Below are positions 31,101-43,212 of a stretch of 64,000 bases of DNA, one piece after another. This stretch comes from Paraspadella gotoi (taxonomy: Eukaryota; Animalia; Chaetognatha). Every line of letters begins with the position of its first letter. Within the stretch, counting starts at the first letter, position 1. A program made the translations under genes and the position numbers. The DNA lies in contig CM119270.1 in assembly GCA_051294375.1 (NCBI GenBank), positions 8,543,213-8,607,212 on the forward strand, in the 5' to 3' direction. Under the pieces are notes generated by a model, which saw only the letters and a program-made list of their open reading frames with translations, searched no databases and was not told where the DNA came from.

Positions 31101-34100
31101 AGTGATGGTTGGAGTGGTCCCACTTGTGAAAAAAGTAAGTAAATGAGCAGTTAGAGGAGTTAAAACTTTTTTCTAACATCCTTTTTCACACTGTTAAGGT
31201 GAGAATGACTGCGAACCAAACCCTTGTAAAAATGGTGGTCATTGCATTGATAAACACCAAGGCTTCAAATGTCTATGCCAACTAGGATGGATAGGAAAAA
31301 CGTGTGAAAAAAGTAATTGTTAAAACTAATTAAATTAATTTAAACATTCATTTGGTTTTGATAAATTCAATTTAATTTTAATTTAATTAAACACTTTTTT
31401 TAATCTTTTATGTTTAGAGAGAGAGATCGGTGGTAAGTCGCCTCAAATTGCTATTAGAATGATTAATCAAAAACCGTACCTTCGGGTAATCTCTTTTTTA
31501 GGCAGCAACAAGTGTAAGCCTAATCCGTGTCATAACGATGGAGAATGCATAAGCCATTACAAACACAAGGGATTTATGTGTTATTGCAAACCAGGATGGA
31601 CTGGAAAACTATGTCATCAAAGTATGAAATGGTTCTTAATTATTAAACCATAGTTTCTAATTGATTTTCCTTCTTCGAAAACATTTTAATTGCAATCATA
31701 AAAACATCTGACGAACACCGATTTGAACAAAATTGCATTAAGGCGTGGACGACTGCCGGAGCAAACCGTGCTTAAATCATGGGACTTGCCACGATGGTCA
31801 CCGAGGCTTCTTTTGCGAATGTCCCATGGGCATCACTGGTCGATTCTGCGAATCAAGTAAATTCATATCTTTGGGCCCCTTTTTCTCAAAAACAAATTTT
31901 CGAAAAAGAGTATTTCATTTTATAAAATTGGCAAATACTTTTCATTTATTTTCTATACTTAGAATATATGTAAGAATTGTTATGAAAATGATGCGTGATA
32001 TAATTTTTTTTTACAGGCATTGACGATTGTCGACCAAATCCTTGCGAAAACGGAGGCCTTTGCCGAGATAAACACAACGACTTTCGGTGTTATTGTCCCA
32101 GCGGATTCGTCGGCAAAACTTGCGGAGAAAGTAAATCCATACATTATTTGAGAATCAACTTTTACTTGGGATTTTTAAAAGCTAATTGTATAGACTGGTT
32201 GTGGTATCCCTTATAAATTTTGATAGGGCTAACGTTTATAGAAATTATAAATTTTTCCTTTTTGTGGATGTCCGATTCTCACTCAATTTATTCTTTGATT
32301 TTATATAAGGTTACAACGATTGCACCTCCAACCCTTGCGCCAATGGGGGACATTGCTTGGACCGACATATGGGCTTCAAATGCGTTTGCCCCTCTGGATG
32401 GACGGGCCAACATTGTCAAGAGAGTAAGTTTGTAATATATACATAAAAAATAAACCTTAATAAAATTTATATATAGCAATGAAAAGAAAGAGAAAACCTA
32501 TCTGAAGCAAATACGTTTTGTAAATGGCAAAGTAACCACTTACTGGCAATTGGGCAGATACTTAAAATCAATTTATTTTTTTAGTTTTAAAAGTTGAATT
32601 TGTTGTTCGGTTCAGGTATAGATGATTGCTCATCACGTCCTTGTCACAACGGCGCTAAATGCCTTGATCGCCACAACGATTTCCGGTGCATGTGTCCAGC
32701 CGGCTGGACAGGAAAAGAGTGTCATCAAAGTGGGTTATTAAAAATATAAACCCCTTGGTTCTTATTAAAATTATCAAATCGGCAAAACTATAAATCTTAG
32801 TATATTCACATCTTGTTGGCGCCGGCGATAGATCTACACTCAATAACTATATTCAAACATCCAATTCTTTTTTTCCATTTTAAAAAGTAACAATTGTACA
32901 TTTTTAATCTTTGCCCTCTTCTGCAGGCGTGGATGACTGCGCCTCAAACCCATGCGCTCACGGAGGAACGTGTGAGGACGCTCACAGAAGCTTCATCTGT
33001 CACTGCGCCAAAGGGTGGATGGGACTCACCTGTCACAAAAGTAAGATATATAGTTTTTTTTTTTCAAAACATGAATCACAATGCATATTTTCAGACGTGG
33101 ATGACTGTGAACAACAACCCTGTCACAACGGAGGCACCTGCATTGATGGTCACAACGAGTACAAATGTATTTGCGATGCAGGATGGACCGGCACAAATTG
33201 TCGAATAAGTTAGTTTTTTGGCAAAAAATACTAATTTCGAACAGTTGAAAACTTTATTTAATTTTAATAAAATACTTAATTAGGCGCAGCTTTTTTAAAT
33301 AAATATAAGTACATCTCGTAACTCATTCGATTATTTTAAAGAAATAACGATGCTAGTCATATATAATATATTAAATGTATTCATTCTAAACAGACATAGA
33401 TGATTGCGCAATGAACCCCTGCAAAAACGGCGGGAAGTGTCACGACGGCATCAACGGTTTCGTTTGTGAGTGTTCGCATGGATGGATCGGAAATACTTGT
33501 GAACAAAGTAAGACTAAGATTAAAAAATAAAAAAATGAAATAAAATTAATCACATAAGAATCATCAGAAGATTAACCACCTTCGGTCTTAAACTCACCCG
33601 CTTCTATTTAATTGAAAGACTTCGACGATTGCGCGTCTCACCCATGTCACAACGGAGGACACTGCATCGACTTTCACAGGAGTTTTTATTGTCGTTGTCC
33701 CTACGGTTGGACCGGTTCCACTTGCCAACACAGTAAGTTTTAAAAGTATCAATGAAAACTGGCTTTATTTTCTACTGCATACTTCCTTTAAAATATAATT
33801 AATAATTTCTCCTCCATCAATAACAGGCGTTGACGACTGCGCCGGGGTCCACTGCCAACATGGAGGCGTCTGCGTCGATGGCCACAAAGATTACAAATGC
33901 GAATGTCGCCGCGGCTGGACGGGCCGACATTGCGAAAATAGTAAGTTTTGTGAGCTTTAACCATATTTTGACATCTGTTGTAATTTTAGTTGATGTAAAA
34001 CCAAACCACGAAACATTTTGTGACATGTAATGTAAACTATCATACTATTACGTATATATTAATCTAAGGCGTTGATGACTGTTCCTCCGGTCCATGTCTC

Positions 34101-36606
34101 AATAACGGAACTTGCGTGGATTCCGTCAACGCATACCAATGCCTCTGCTGTCATTCGTGGACGGGGGTCAACTGTGAAACAAGTGAGCGATATGATTTTT
34201 ATTGCATTTTAAAACATTTCTAAAACAGACCATTCATTTAATAAATATGCTCTCTAGCACATAATTTTTATAAATCATTCGATTGCAAATTTTGTTTGGC
34301 CTTAAAAAATAATATTGTTTGGCCGTAAATAATATTACTTAATAGAATGAGAATTTTCTTTTTCGAGACGCGGACGACTGCCGGTCTAATCCCTGTCACA
34401 ACGGAGGGACCTGTCATGACGGAATCAACACGTTCACTTGCGATTGCGAACCCGGGTGGACAGGAAAACATTGCGAACAGAGTGAGTCGTTGTAGGGTGA
34501 CAAGTCCGTCGACTGAGTTGTCGATCCTGACTGGGAACTGTTTTACTTTTTAGAATTAGGGTTCCATTTTGTTTCATAGCCATTTCTAAATAACAATTTA
34601 CTCAGTCCAAAAGACGATTAAAAAAAAAAGCAAAAAAACAAACAAAAAAACAAACAAACAATTAAACCCAACTCCAACGCTTCTATGCAGACATTGACGA
34701 GTGCGCAAGTCATCCTTGCCGAAACGGCGGCACATGTAGAGACGCCCACGCCCACTACGTTTGCCAATGTCTCTCAGGATGGGAGGGAACCGATTGTGAA
34801 AAAGGTGAGTAAGATTTTTGGTAAAGCTCATACAAAAATGATCAGTTTGCAGAAGACCTCGCCTCAGATCGCATTTAATAACCATCAAATCACTTTTTGC
34901 TTAGACGTGGACGATTGCGCCTCTCAGCCTTGTCTCAATGGAGGAACCTGTCACGATTTGTTCAACGACTTCAAATGCGAATGCCCAACCGGTTTGACTG
35001 GACCCAGATGCGATGAGAGTAAGTTCGGTTGTTTTTTGATTTTTCGAAGTATAATCAAGAGAGAATACAAGTAGCAGGCAAAGATTCCAAGGTAGAAATG
35101 CGGGATAGGATTATGGTAATTGGTTTATCACCCCGGTACTTCAAATTATTCCAAAAGCCAGAGTTAACCACCTGCCCCCAAAATTCATCGCCTTTCAGAC
35201 ATAGACGAATGCAAATCTCGACCCTGTCTCAACGGTGGCACCTGCAGAGATTTAATCAACGGATTTAAGTGCGAGTGCGACGTTGGGTGGATCGGGGACC
35301 GATGCGAGACGGGTGAGTTCAATCAAGACGCCGACGTTTTCGTATCTTTTTATTCCTCGTTTCCTGTCTCCTTTCGAAAAATGGAAAATGGAAGAGGACA
35401 AGTGTGCATGAAGTGATTATTTTTTTTTAATAGCGTTGAAGACTAGCTCGGGAAGTGATAATAAATTTTAATGCACCCAAGGAGTAAAGTGGTAAAGGTT
35501 GAAAAAAAAAGGCATGCGATTGTGGCGAATCCGACCCAGTTTTTTTTTTAATTTTAAAATTTTGTTAACGAAAATGGTTTTGAGTTCAACGATCGTTATG
35601 ACTCTATTTCGAGTCTTCGAAACAATGTCTAGATATTTTTTTAAATCTTAAATTTTTTATTCATTTTCCCAAAGATTACGACGATTGTCAGGATCATCAT
35701 TGCCTTAATAACGGAACATGCATGGATCATTTGAACAGCTACACGTGCCACTGTCCGTCCGGCTGGACGGGCTTCGATTGCGAAACGCGTGAGTCAGGCG
35801 TTTATTAAATCAATTTAATTCCAATGTAAATTTTTTTTTAGCGTTTCTTGAACAAACCTTGCATTGAAAATAATTAGTTTTCGATGTTCTTTTGTTTAAA
35901 TTCGAGTCCCACGTAAGGTATTGAGTCCTCTGTTGGTGAGGCTGAAAGACTTCATTAAGTAATTTTTTACTTAATAAATCAAGAGCAATACAACAATTAA
36001 CTAATAAATTAGGAATAAAAAATAAAATCCTCTTCCACCCTTTCTGATTCAGCCATGGATGACTGTTACACGAAGCCTTGCATGAACGGTGGACTTTGCA
36101 TGCGCACCAAGCATGGGTATCACTGCAACTGTCCCGACGGATGGAAAGGAAAGAACTGCGAAAAAAGTGAGTTGTCAAAAAAAAAAAAAAATAAATAAAT
36201 AAAAAAAATAAAAAAAAATAAAAAAAATTAAAAAAAAAATTTCCTTCTGTAATAAGTTTACAACAACCTTTCCTTTACTCTTCTCTTTCAAAAAATAACC
36301 ATCTGAACTCCTGCACAACTCTTTCCTTTCCAAAATGACCATCTGAACTCCTGCACAACTCTTTCCTTTCCAAAATGACCATCTGAACTCCTGCACAACT
36401 CTTTCCTTTCCAAAATGACCATCTGAACTCGTGCTAAATTCTTTTTTTCTTTTCGATTCAGATATCAACGACTGTTGGCCGAATCCCTGCGCCAACGGCG
36501 GCGACTGCGTGGATCGCGTCGCTGACTTCAAATGCCACTGCATCGGGGAATGGAAGGGGAAAACTTGCGAAGGAGGGTCAGAGAGAGAGGAGAGAGAGAG
36601 AGAGAT

Positions 36607-36679
<73 letters not shown>

Positions 36680-36690
36680 CAGAGAGAGAA

Positions 36691-36722
<32 letters not shown>

Positions 36723-39248
36723 CAGATAGAAAGAGAGACAGAGAGACAGAGACACAGAGAAAGAGAGAGAGAGAGACAGAGAGAAAGAGAGAGAGACAGA
36801 TAGAAAGAGAGAGTGAGAGAATCCTCGTTTTCCATTCTACTAGGCCCAAACAAATGCTCACCCGATCCTTGCAAGAACGGAGGAGGATGCAAGACGTACA
36901 AGGACGACTTCCGTTGCCACTGCAAGCGCGGGTGGACGGGAAAAACATGCGATGAGAGTAAGCGATTAACCGATTAACCGATTAACCTATTAACGGATTT
37001 AATAATTTTAATCTTGATTCCTTTTCATGCCCAGACATCGACGACTGCGCTCACTCTCCTTGCAAAAACAACGCAACCTGCGTCGACGGAGTTGATGAGT
37101 ACATGTGCGACTGCCTGGGGGGTTGGACGGGCAAACACTGCGAAGTCGGTGAGTCCGTTTGAAACGCTATTGGTTCCTTTTGTTTTGCGCTTTTTACTTT
37201 TCTTCGTCTGCTAACCCTCTGATTTTTTTTTCCCCCTGTTTTTTGTTTCGTCCAGACATTGACGATTGTGCCAGCACTCCTTGCAAAAACGGAGCTCTGT
37301 GTACGGACGAACTCGAATTTTTCAAATGTCATTGCGTTGGCGGATGGACGGGCATGACTTGCGAAATTCGTAAGCGTCATTTATCATTATTGTGAATTTT
37401 CACTCAATGCTTTACACGTACTTTTCTGTCTGCAGCCCCGCCCACAAGTCCACCGCCGAAACTGGATCGCGTACTGAGATTCGATAAACATTTCGACGGT
37501 CCGATGTCCAATCAGTGGATCGGGTGGAGAATTCCCAAGTTTGCCAGCAAACAGGTTAGTGATGTTTGGTGTTAATTAATCAATTGCCTTTTTATTATCT
37601 TACCCCAACTATCTTCCCGCCCAAGGTCACTGTGACGGGTTGGCTTCTCTTCCACAACCGCTGTCCGTCTTCGTCCGAAGTCGGGGTCAGCCTCTTCGGC
37701 GATTTCCACAATGACTTCATGATGAGTTGCGTCAAGGACGTCTGGTCCAAGTTTGAGATCACTGTGCTGGTAAGTTTTGGCTGATTGATTGATTTTTTGT
37801 TGTTAAAATTGATTGCAATCTTTATTGATGAAAAAGATATGTTTATTTTTGATCTATAATTCTATTTGTTTTACTTTTGAGGCGCCCTATAACGGAAACA
37901 ACTATTGGCTAAAATTAACGTTTGAAAACGTCACCGAAAAATTGAGCGTCCTCGTCGGAGACTTCAAGGCAATATCCGGAGAAGGTATCAACTTTACATT
38001 TAATCATTACCTTGAAAAGTGTAATATTTGAATGTAATATAGGTAATGTTATAACAAAAACGACAAAAAATCGCTTATTTCTTCTATCGTCAGACGTTTA
38101 CGGAACTTGGATGAAGTCGGAGGATCGCCCACCCGAAAACCTCCGCATTCTTAACCGAGACCCCCTCTACCCTGTCTACGACAAGAAGGGCCTGTTTACG
38201 CTCGTTTCAAGTATGTTCAGTTTTAGTTGTTGTATCACTTTTTCATCATCTTTTCCAGTAAATTTTTAGTATTTCCTCAATGCTACTTCTCAAAATTCTA
38301 CAGATGGTTACATTTTTAAAGAACACCGGGTTGTCCCAAACGTGTAACATTTTGCTTTAACTAACATTTTTTCCCCCAATTTTGTTTTTTGTCTCGTTCA
38401 GTGGCAAATAATCCATCCGTGGACCCCTACTTCATTCGATGGACCAACGTGTTCGGCCGCAAAGGACGTCATCAGTTCTTGGGTTGGAAGCTCAAAGGTC
38501 TCGTCGACCATTACGTGAAAGTAAGTTGATCCGCAACATTGTATGGTGGACTAAAACCCACCAACCGTTCATCAGCGGCCATTGGTGCCGGAGGCAAGTC
38601 ATTCGCCTCCCAACCCAAAGGTCCGGGGTTCTAGCCCGGTGGTCGTCTGGCAGTTAAGAGGGACGGGGCGCTTAACCCGCCTGTAACATGGTGTTACAGC
38701 CTGATCCGAAGCTCAGGGACTGCTTATATTGAACGGTTCTATCACTAACTCATAACAATAATTACTGTCTCTTCAATTGATTAATTTATTACTGTTACGT
38801 TACATTCATCGCATCCATTATCCACACCACCTCAAAACAAGTTTGAGCAAACAATGTCGGATCTGAACGCGATCATTATCGGTAATTAATTCATTAATAA
38901 TTAAATTTATACAACCAACATAATGTAAAGTATTAAATAAAATATATAAAATATATATTATGTTATTTTCCTTTCTTTTTCGTTGTGAGAGAAATGAGTT
39001 TGAATTTGGTGGCAAGTTGGCAACAACGAATTTATTTTTATTATTAAACGGACATGTTTCGGTTCATAATACGAACCTTCATCAGCGCTAAAGGTTTTGA
39101 CAGCAGGCGAGAAGAGGGCAGTCGGCAGGCGTAACAGGCCAGAGAGACATTCGAATCTTCCCACAGGGTAGCCTCCCCACTGCCGCATATGCAAACTCGA
39201 CGACACTATTCTGTCTCAACTCTGTGTTGGAAAACTTTGCCCTCTCTC

Positions 39249-39335
<87 letters not shown>

Positions 39336-41078
39336 TTTCCTTAATTTCACAAATTTCACCAATTGTCAAAACCTTTTGCGCTGATGAAGGTTCGTATTAT
39401 GAACCGAAACATGTCTGTTTAATAATAAAAATAAATTCGTTGTTGCCACCAAATTCAAACTCTTTTCTCTAAATAAAATATATAAAATATTATGTAAAGT
39501 AAAAATAGCGTAAATTCTCTTTTTCATGATTCTTGGGCATTTCAGGAACCAGGTTAACCAGGATGCTTTTTTAAATGAAATTTTATAGAAGAACTGAAAA
39601 GAACTGAGCAATAATAGCATTTAGTTATACATGTTTTTTTTCCTCCAACTTCTTTCCCTCCATTCCTCTACCCCCGACCCCTTTTTCCCCCTTTCCCTAC
39701 CCCCGAAGGTCTCCTTCTGGATCCGCGTGTCCAAGCCCCTCCCGCGCTCCAAAGGCTTTGGACTTTCCGTCTATAAAAATCTGAAGAACGACTTTGTTTC
39801 TTACATTCCGGTCAAGCAATGGTTCTACGTGGAGCGCGATTGGACGCCCAAAGTCTACGCGGATCATGGCAAAGTGGGCGTGGTCCTGGATGGCGTGGCG
39901 GCCGAGGTCGTAGTTGACATGGCCGGATTGAGGGTCGACATCGATGAGGACGGTCAGTTAGTTTTGGAAGATAGGGCCAATCTATGTCAATGGGGTGGTT
40001 CAGAAGTTTGATTTAGGTACCTTCCCAAGTGAAACTTCAAATATTTTTGAAAAAAACTTTCAATGGACCAAAAATTTCAATAATGGCTAGAAACACTAGT
40101 AATTGATTTTTAAATATTTAATAAATTTTAAGGTTTTTCCTAATTTTGATCCACTTATCATCAAAATATTGAAAAAAGAGTTATACTTTGTGTAGACAAC
40201 TTTTCATAAGCTATCTGAATCTGTTTTTAAACATATAAAATTCCAAAAAAATTGTTTGACATTTTCTATCTATAAATAAATATTATAAATTATTTATATT
40301 ATTATTATTATAAATTATTTATTTATAGATAGGAAATATCAAACAATTTTTTTGGAATTTTATATGTTAAAAACAGATTCAATATTTAGGAAAAACCTTA
40401 AAAAATCATCATGATCATCATCATCCGATGATTTTAACAGTTTTTGCTAATTTTCAGTAATAAAACATCAAAATTTTAAAAATTTGTAATTACATTTTTA
40501 GCTTAACTTTTGGAGCTCTTTCAGAATCAATTAGAAAACTTAAAATATCCACACAAAAAATTTTGACGTTATATAGCAAAATAATAATTTTAATTATTGA
40601 ATTACTCATGATTCGGAACATTTTTGCCAAAAAATATTTTAACACAATACATAATACCAATAATGCTGTTCCCATTAATATTTGAATTTGGTCGGCTATA
40701 AAGAAGAGATGTTTGTCAATTTATGTGTTTTTGGTCAAACGGCCATTTTAATCTTTATCTACTTTTTCGTAATTATATTTATTTTCTGTATTAGTATTCG
40801 ACATAACGTACAGTAATATTATCTCTTTAATGAGATAATATTAACTGAAAATGATATTTGTTTCAATTGATCAATGTTTATTTTTCTGTATGACTCCCGT
40901 AATTTCTATTTTTTTATTTCCATCCATCGCAGATCAACACACCGCGCTGTGCAAGAAAGGAAATCTGATGAAAGACTTTTACGCTTTCCGGGTGAAGGGC
41001 GGCACGTTCCCAAGAAAATACGATACCGGCAAGCTGGAATTTCGGCAAAACGACGAAGATAATTTTGTTCTTGTATAA
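25160..41078 (+). CDS. Large secreted multi-EGF protein (~2,100 aa, ~42 exons): signal peptide, mucin-like S/T/P/N repeats, Cys-rich modules, 26 EGF repeats, two tandem beta-sandwich-like domains, no transmembrane segment
   Basis: Exon 25160-25232 gives [24 protein letters not shown], followed by 25466-25497 and 25748-27215. Cys-rich exons lie at 27393-29853. There are 26 phase-1 EGF exons of ~114 nt at 29938-37369 (e.g. [38 protein letters not shown]). C-terminal exons run from 37436 to 41078, ending DNFVLV* with AATAAA at the stop. Confidence 0.88.
25858..26280 (+). repeat. Coding tandem repeat, 141 bp (47 aa) x3, followed by looser ~55-aa repeats to ~26780
   Basis: atacaaccgtcaaaaagctcc (IQPSKSS) recurs at 25858, 25999 and 26140. 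Confidence 0.9.
28456..28929 (+). mobile_element. Short degenerate copy of the HINE-like family in an EGF-gene intron
   Basis: ccggctctataattcactttgtcggtcc ... gcagatccggcattgtttgctcaaacttgtttt. Confidence 0.55.
36298..36430. repeat. Intronic 40-bp minisatellite x3.3
   Basis: accatctgaactcctgcacaactctttcctttccaaaatg repeated exactly. Confidence 0.95.
38542..38775 (+). mobile_element. Solo LTR of the tRNA-bearing TRIM (234 bp)
   Basis: TATGGTGGACT...GTCTCTTCA flanked by an ATTG/ATTG TSD; tRNA-like segment at ~38575-38647. Confidence 0.88.
39048..39088 (-). ncRNA. Minimal type I hammerhead ribozyme motif
   Basis: Minus strand reads GCG-CTGATGA-A-GGTTC-gtattat-GAACC-GAAAC-AT-GTC-CGT. Confidence 0.72.
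39378..39418 (+). ncRNA. Minimal type I hammerhead ribozyme motif
   Basis: GCG-CTGATGA-A-GGTTC-gtattat-GAACC-GAAAC-AT-GTC-TGT. Confidence 0.72.
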
Positions 41079-41644
41079 TAAACATTAAACAACAGCGCCT
41101 TTTTTTCGCAGATCTCTTTTTATTTTACTTAGGTATAATGTGATACAAAAACTTTAGTCATCGGTGAAAAAAATTTTACATAAAAAATATTAATTTAAAT
41201 TTAATTATATTTCAATGCTATCTTTGAGGAAATTTTTCGCGCTGTTTCAAAATTTTTATTACCTTGAGTTAAGTTTTAAAAGAATGTTTCTGTATTATTT
41301 ACAATGTTTTAGGCGCTCAAAAATATTGTCTATAATTAATATTTTATAATTAAATTTACATAGAAAAATATTTTTTGTTTGTTTTCTTTATAAATATAGA
41401 TTAGGTTTACCACAAAGCTCGTCTCCTCAATCATATAAACTTATTTCTTTTTCCCCTCAGTATATTTTGAATCCAATACAGAAGGCTTCANNNNNNNNNN
41501 AAAACGACGTCGTAGACATCGATGAAAATGAGGACGAAGATGACAACGAAAATGACGACGAAGACGACGATAATGACGACGAAGAGGAAGACAAAACTGA
41601 CGAAGAAGACAACGAAAACGACGTACATGGGTGCTGTCCAGCTT

Positions 41645-41769
<125 letters not shown>

Positions 41770-43170
41770 CGATCTCTTGCGTGATCGTTCGTTTTTTGAA
41801 AAATTCTGATTATTTTTTTCCTTCTAAAAACTTTTTTCTCAATACAAAATCCAAAATTTACATCCGAGATTTTCGTAGATTTATTTTAGAAAAAGTGAAA
41901 AATAACTCATACGACAGAAATGTTACGCTTCTCTCCGTCTCTCTTCGTCTCTCACCGTCTCTCTCCGTCTCTTTCCATCTCTTTCCGTCTCTCTGTTTCT
42001 CTCTGTGTGTTTCTGTCTCTATCTGTACGATCTCTTGCGTGATAGTTCGTTTTTTGAAAAATTCTGATTATTTTTTTCTTTCTAAAAACTTTTATTATCG
42101 CCATTTATTCCCCACTTTTTAGTATTACACACCTACACAAGCATCTCAGACGAAAATTGGTATTAATCAAATACTTTGGCTTTATTGTATAAATGCTAGA
42201 AATCCGTTCCTGGTCTCAAATACTTGTAATGGGAATTAACAAGATTGTTATCAAAGAAATAAATAATAAAATAAGCAAATAGCATATTTAATGCAGATTT
42301 CATTGCCAGAGGAAGTCTCTGTCTAATTTTGTTGATCGAAAAAAATGAATTTTTTTACACAATTTGAATATGCCAGATTGTATGCTATATTCCGATCATT
42401 TTTTTACTGCCTATTTTTGCCGGTTTATGGTTTAACTACCAAACAATGTATCTAGTTATCAAGTTTAATTAGTAAGGCAGTGAGGAAGTTGAAATGTGTG
42501 GCCATTTTCTTTGTTTTATATCGATTCAATTATTTTTTGTTTGAATTTCAACTTCATTATGATTTACTGCAATATGCAAATTAGATTATAGTACTTTTTC
42601 ATAATACTATTCCTTGTCGAGATTCTTATTACTTTTAAGATTTTTATACTATATTTCGAATTCAATTTTTAGAAATTTTTCAGTGCAAAACATTTAATTT
42701 AAAGTCCTTATTTCTCACTTTTTTAAATTTTAGAGAATTTTTTTATTCTAAAATACTTTTATTAAAAAAATTATGTAAAAAAATATTTGAAATATATATA
42801 AATTATTTAAATTTTAATTGGTATAAAATAAGTGGGTTAATAAAAAAATAAACAAATATTAAAAAAAATACAAAAATTAATAAAAATATGCTAATTAATT
42901 TGATATTTAAATTTTATTATTTGAAGTTGTGAGTGATTGAATCATTAAGCCATTTATTCAATAAATTATTTTTAATCAATTCAAAAAGTAATATGAACAA
43001 GGTAAGTAGATAGTTTTAAAAATAATGATTACTGCATTATAAAAGCTCTGGAGCTAAAAATATGCGGTAGTTTCTTACTGTCCTGCATCTAAAAAATATA
43101 TTTAAAATATTATTTAATCAATATTATAAAAAATATTTCTAAACTTTTCACAATCCCAAATTTGTCAAAT

Positions 43171-43212
43171 GCGCTGACGAAGGTCCGAATCAAGGACCGA
43201 AACATGTCCAAA
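43171..43212 (+). ncRNA. Minimal hammerhead ribozyme motif (Penelope-like pLTR remnant)
   Basis: CTGACGA-A-GGTCC-gaatcaa-GGACC-GAAAC-AT-GTC; stem I is weak. Duplicated at ~52271. Confidence 0.65.

Larger units (their letters stand above)
38965..39469. mobile_element. Penelope-like inverted-repeat insert carrying two hammerheads around (CT)n
   Basis: ~38990-39100 is the inverse of ~39364-39469. Flanked by the direct repeat taaataaaatatataaaatat, with an asymmetric tail on one side. Confidence 0.65.

Noticed and set aside
29938-37369. Notch, Jagged/Delta or Crumbs orthologue
   Set aside because: No DSL, LNR, LamG, transmembrane or ankyrin region; the N- and C-termini are unrelated.
38575-38647. 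Functional tRNA-Gly gene or ordinary tRNA-SINE
   Set aside because: The anticodon and D stems do not pair well, and the sequence is embedded in LTRs with fixed ends, 4-bp TSDs, PBS and PPT.
41501-41630. Acidic D/E-rich ORF
   Set aside because: Trinucleotide-like low-complexity sequence next to an N-gap and (CT)n, with no supported splice context.
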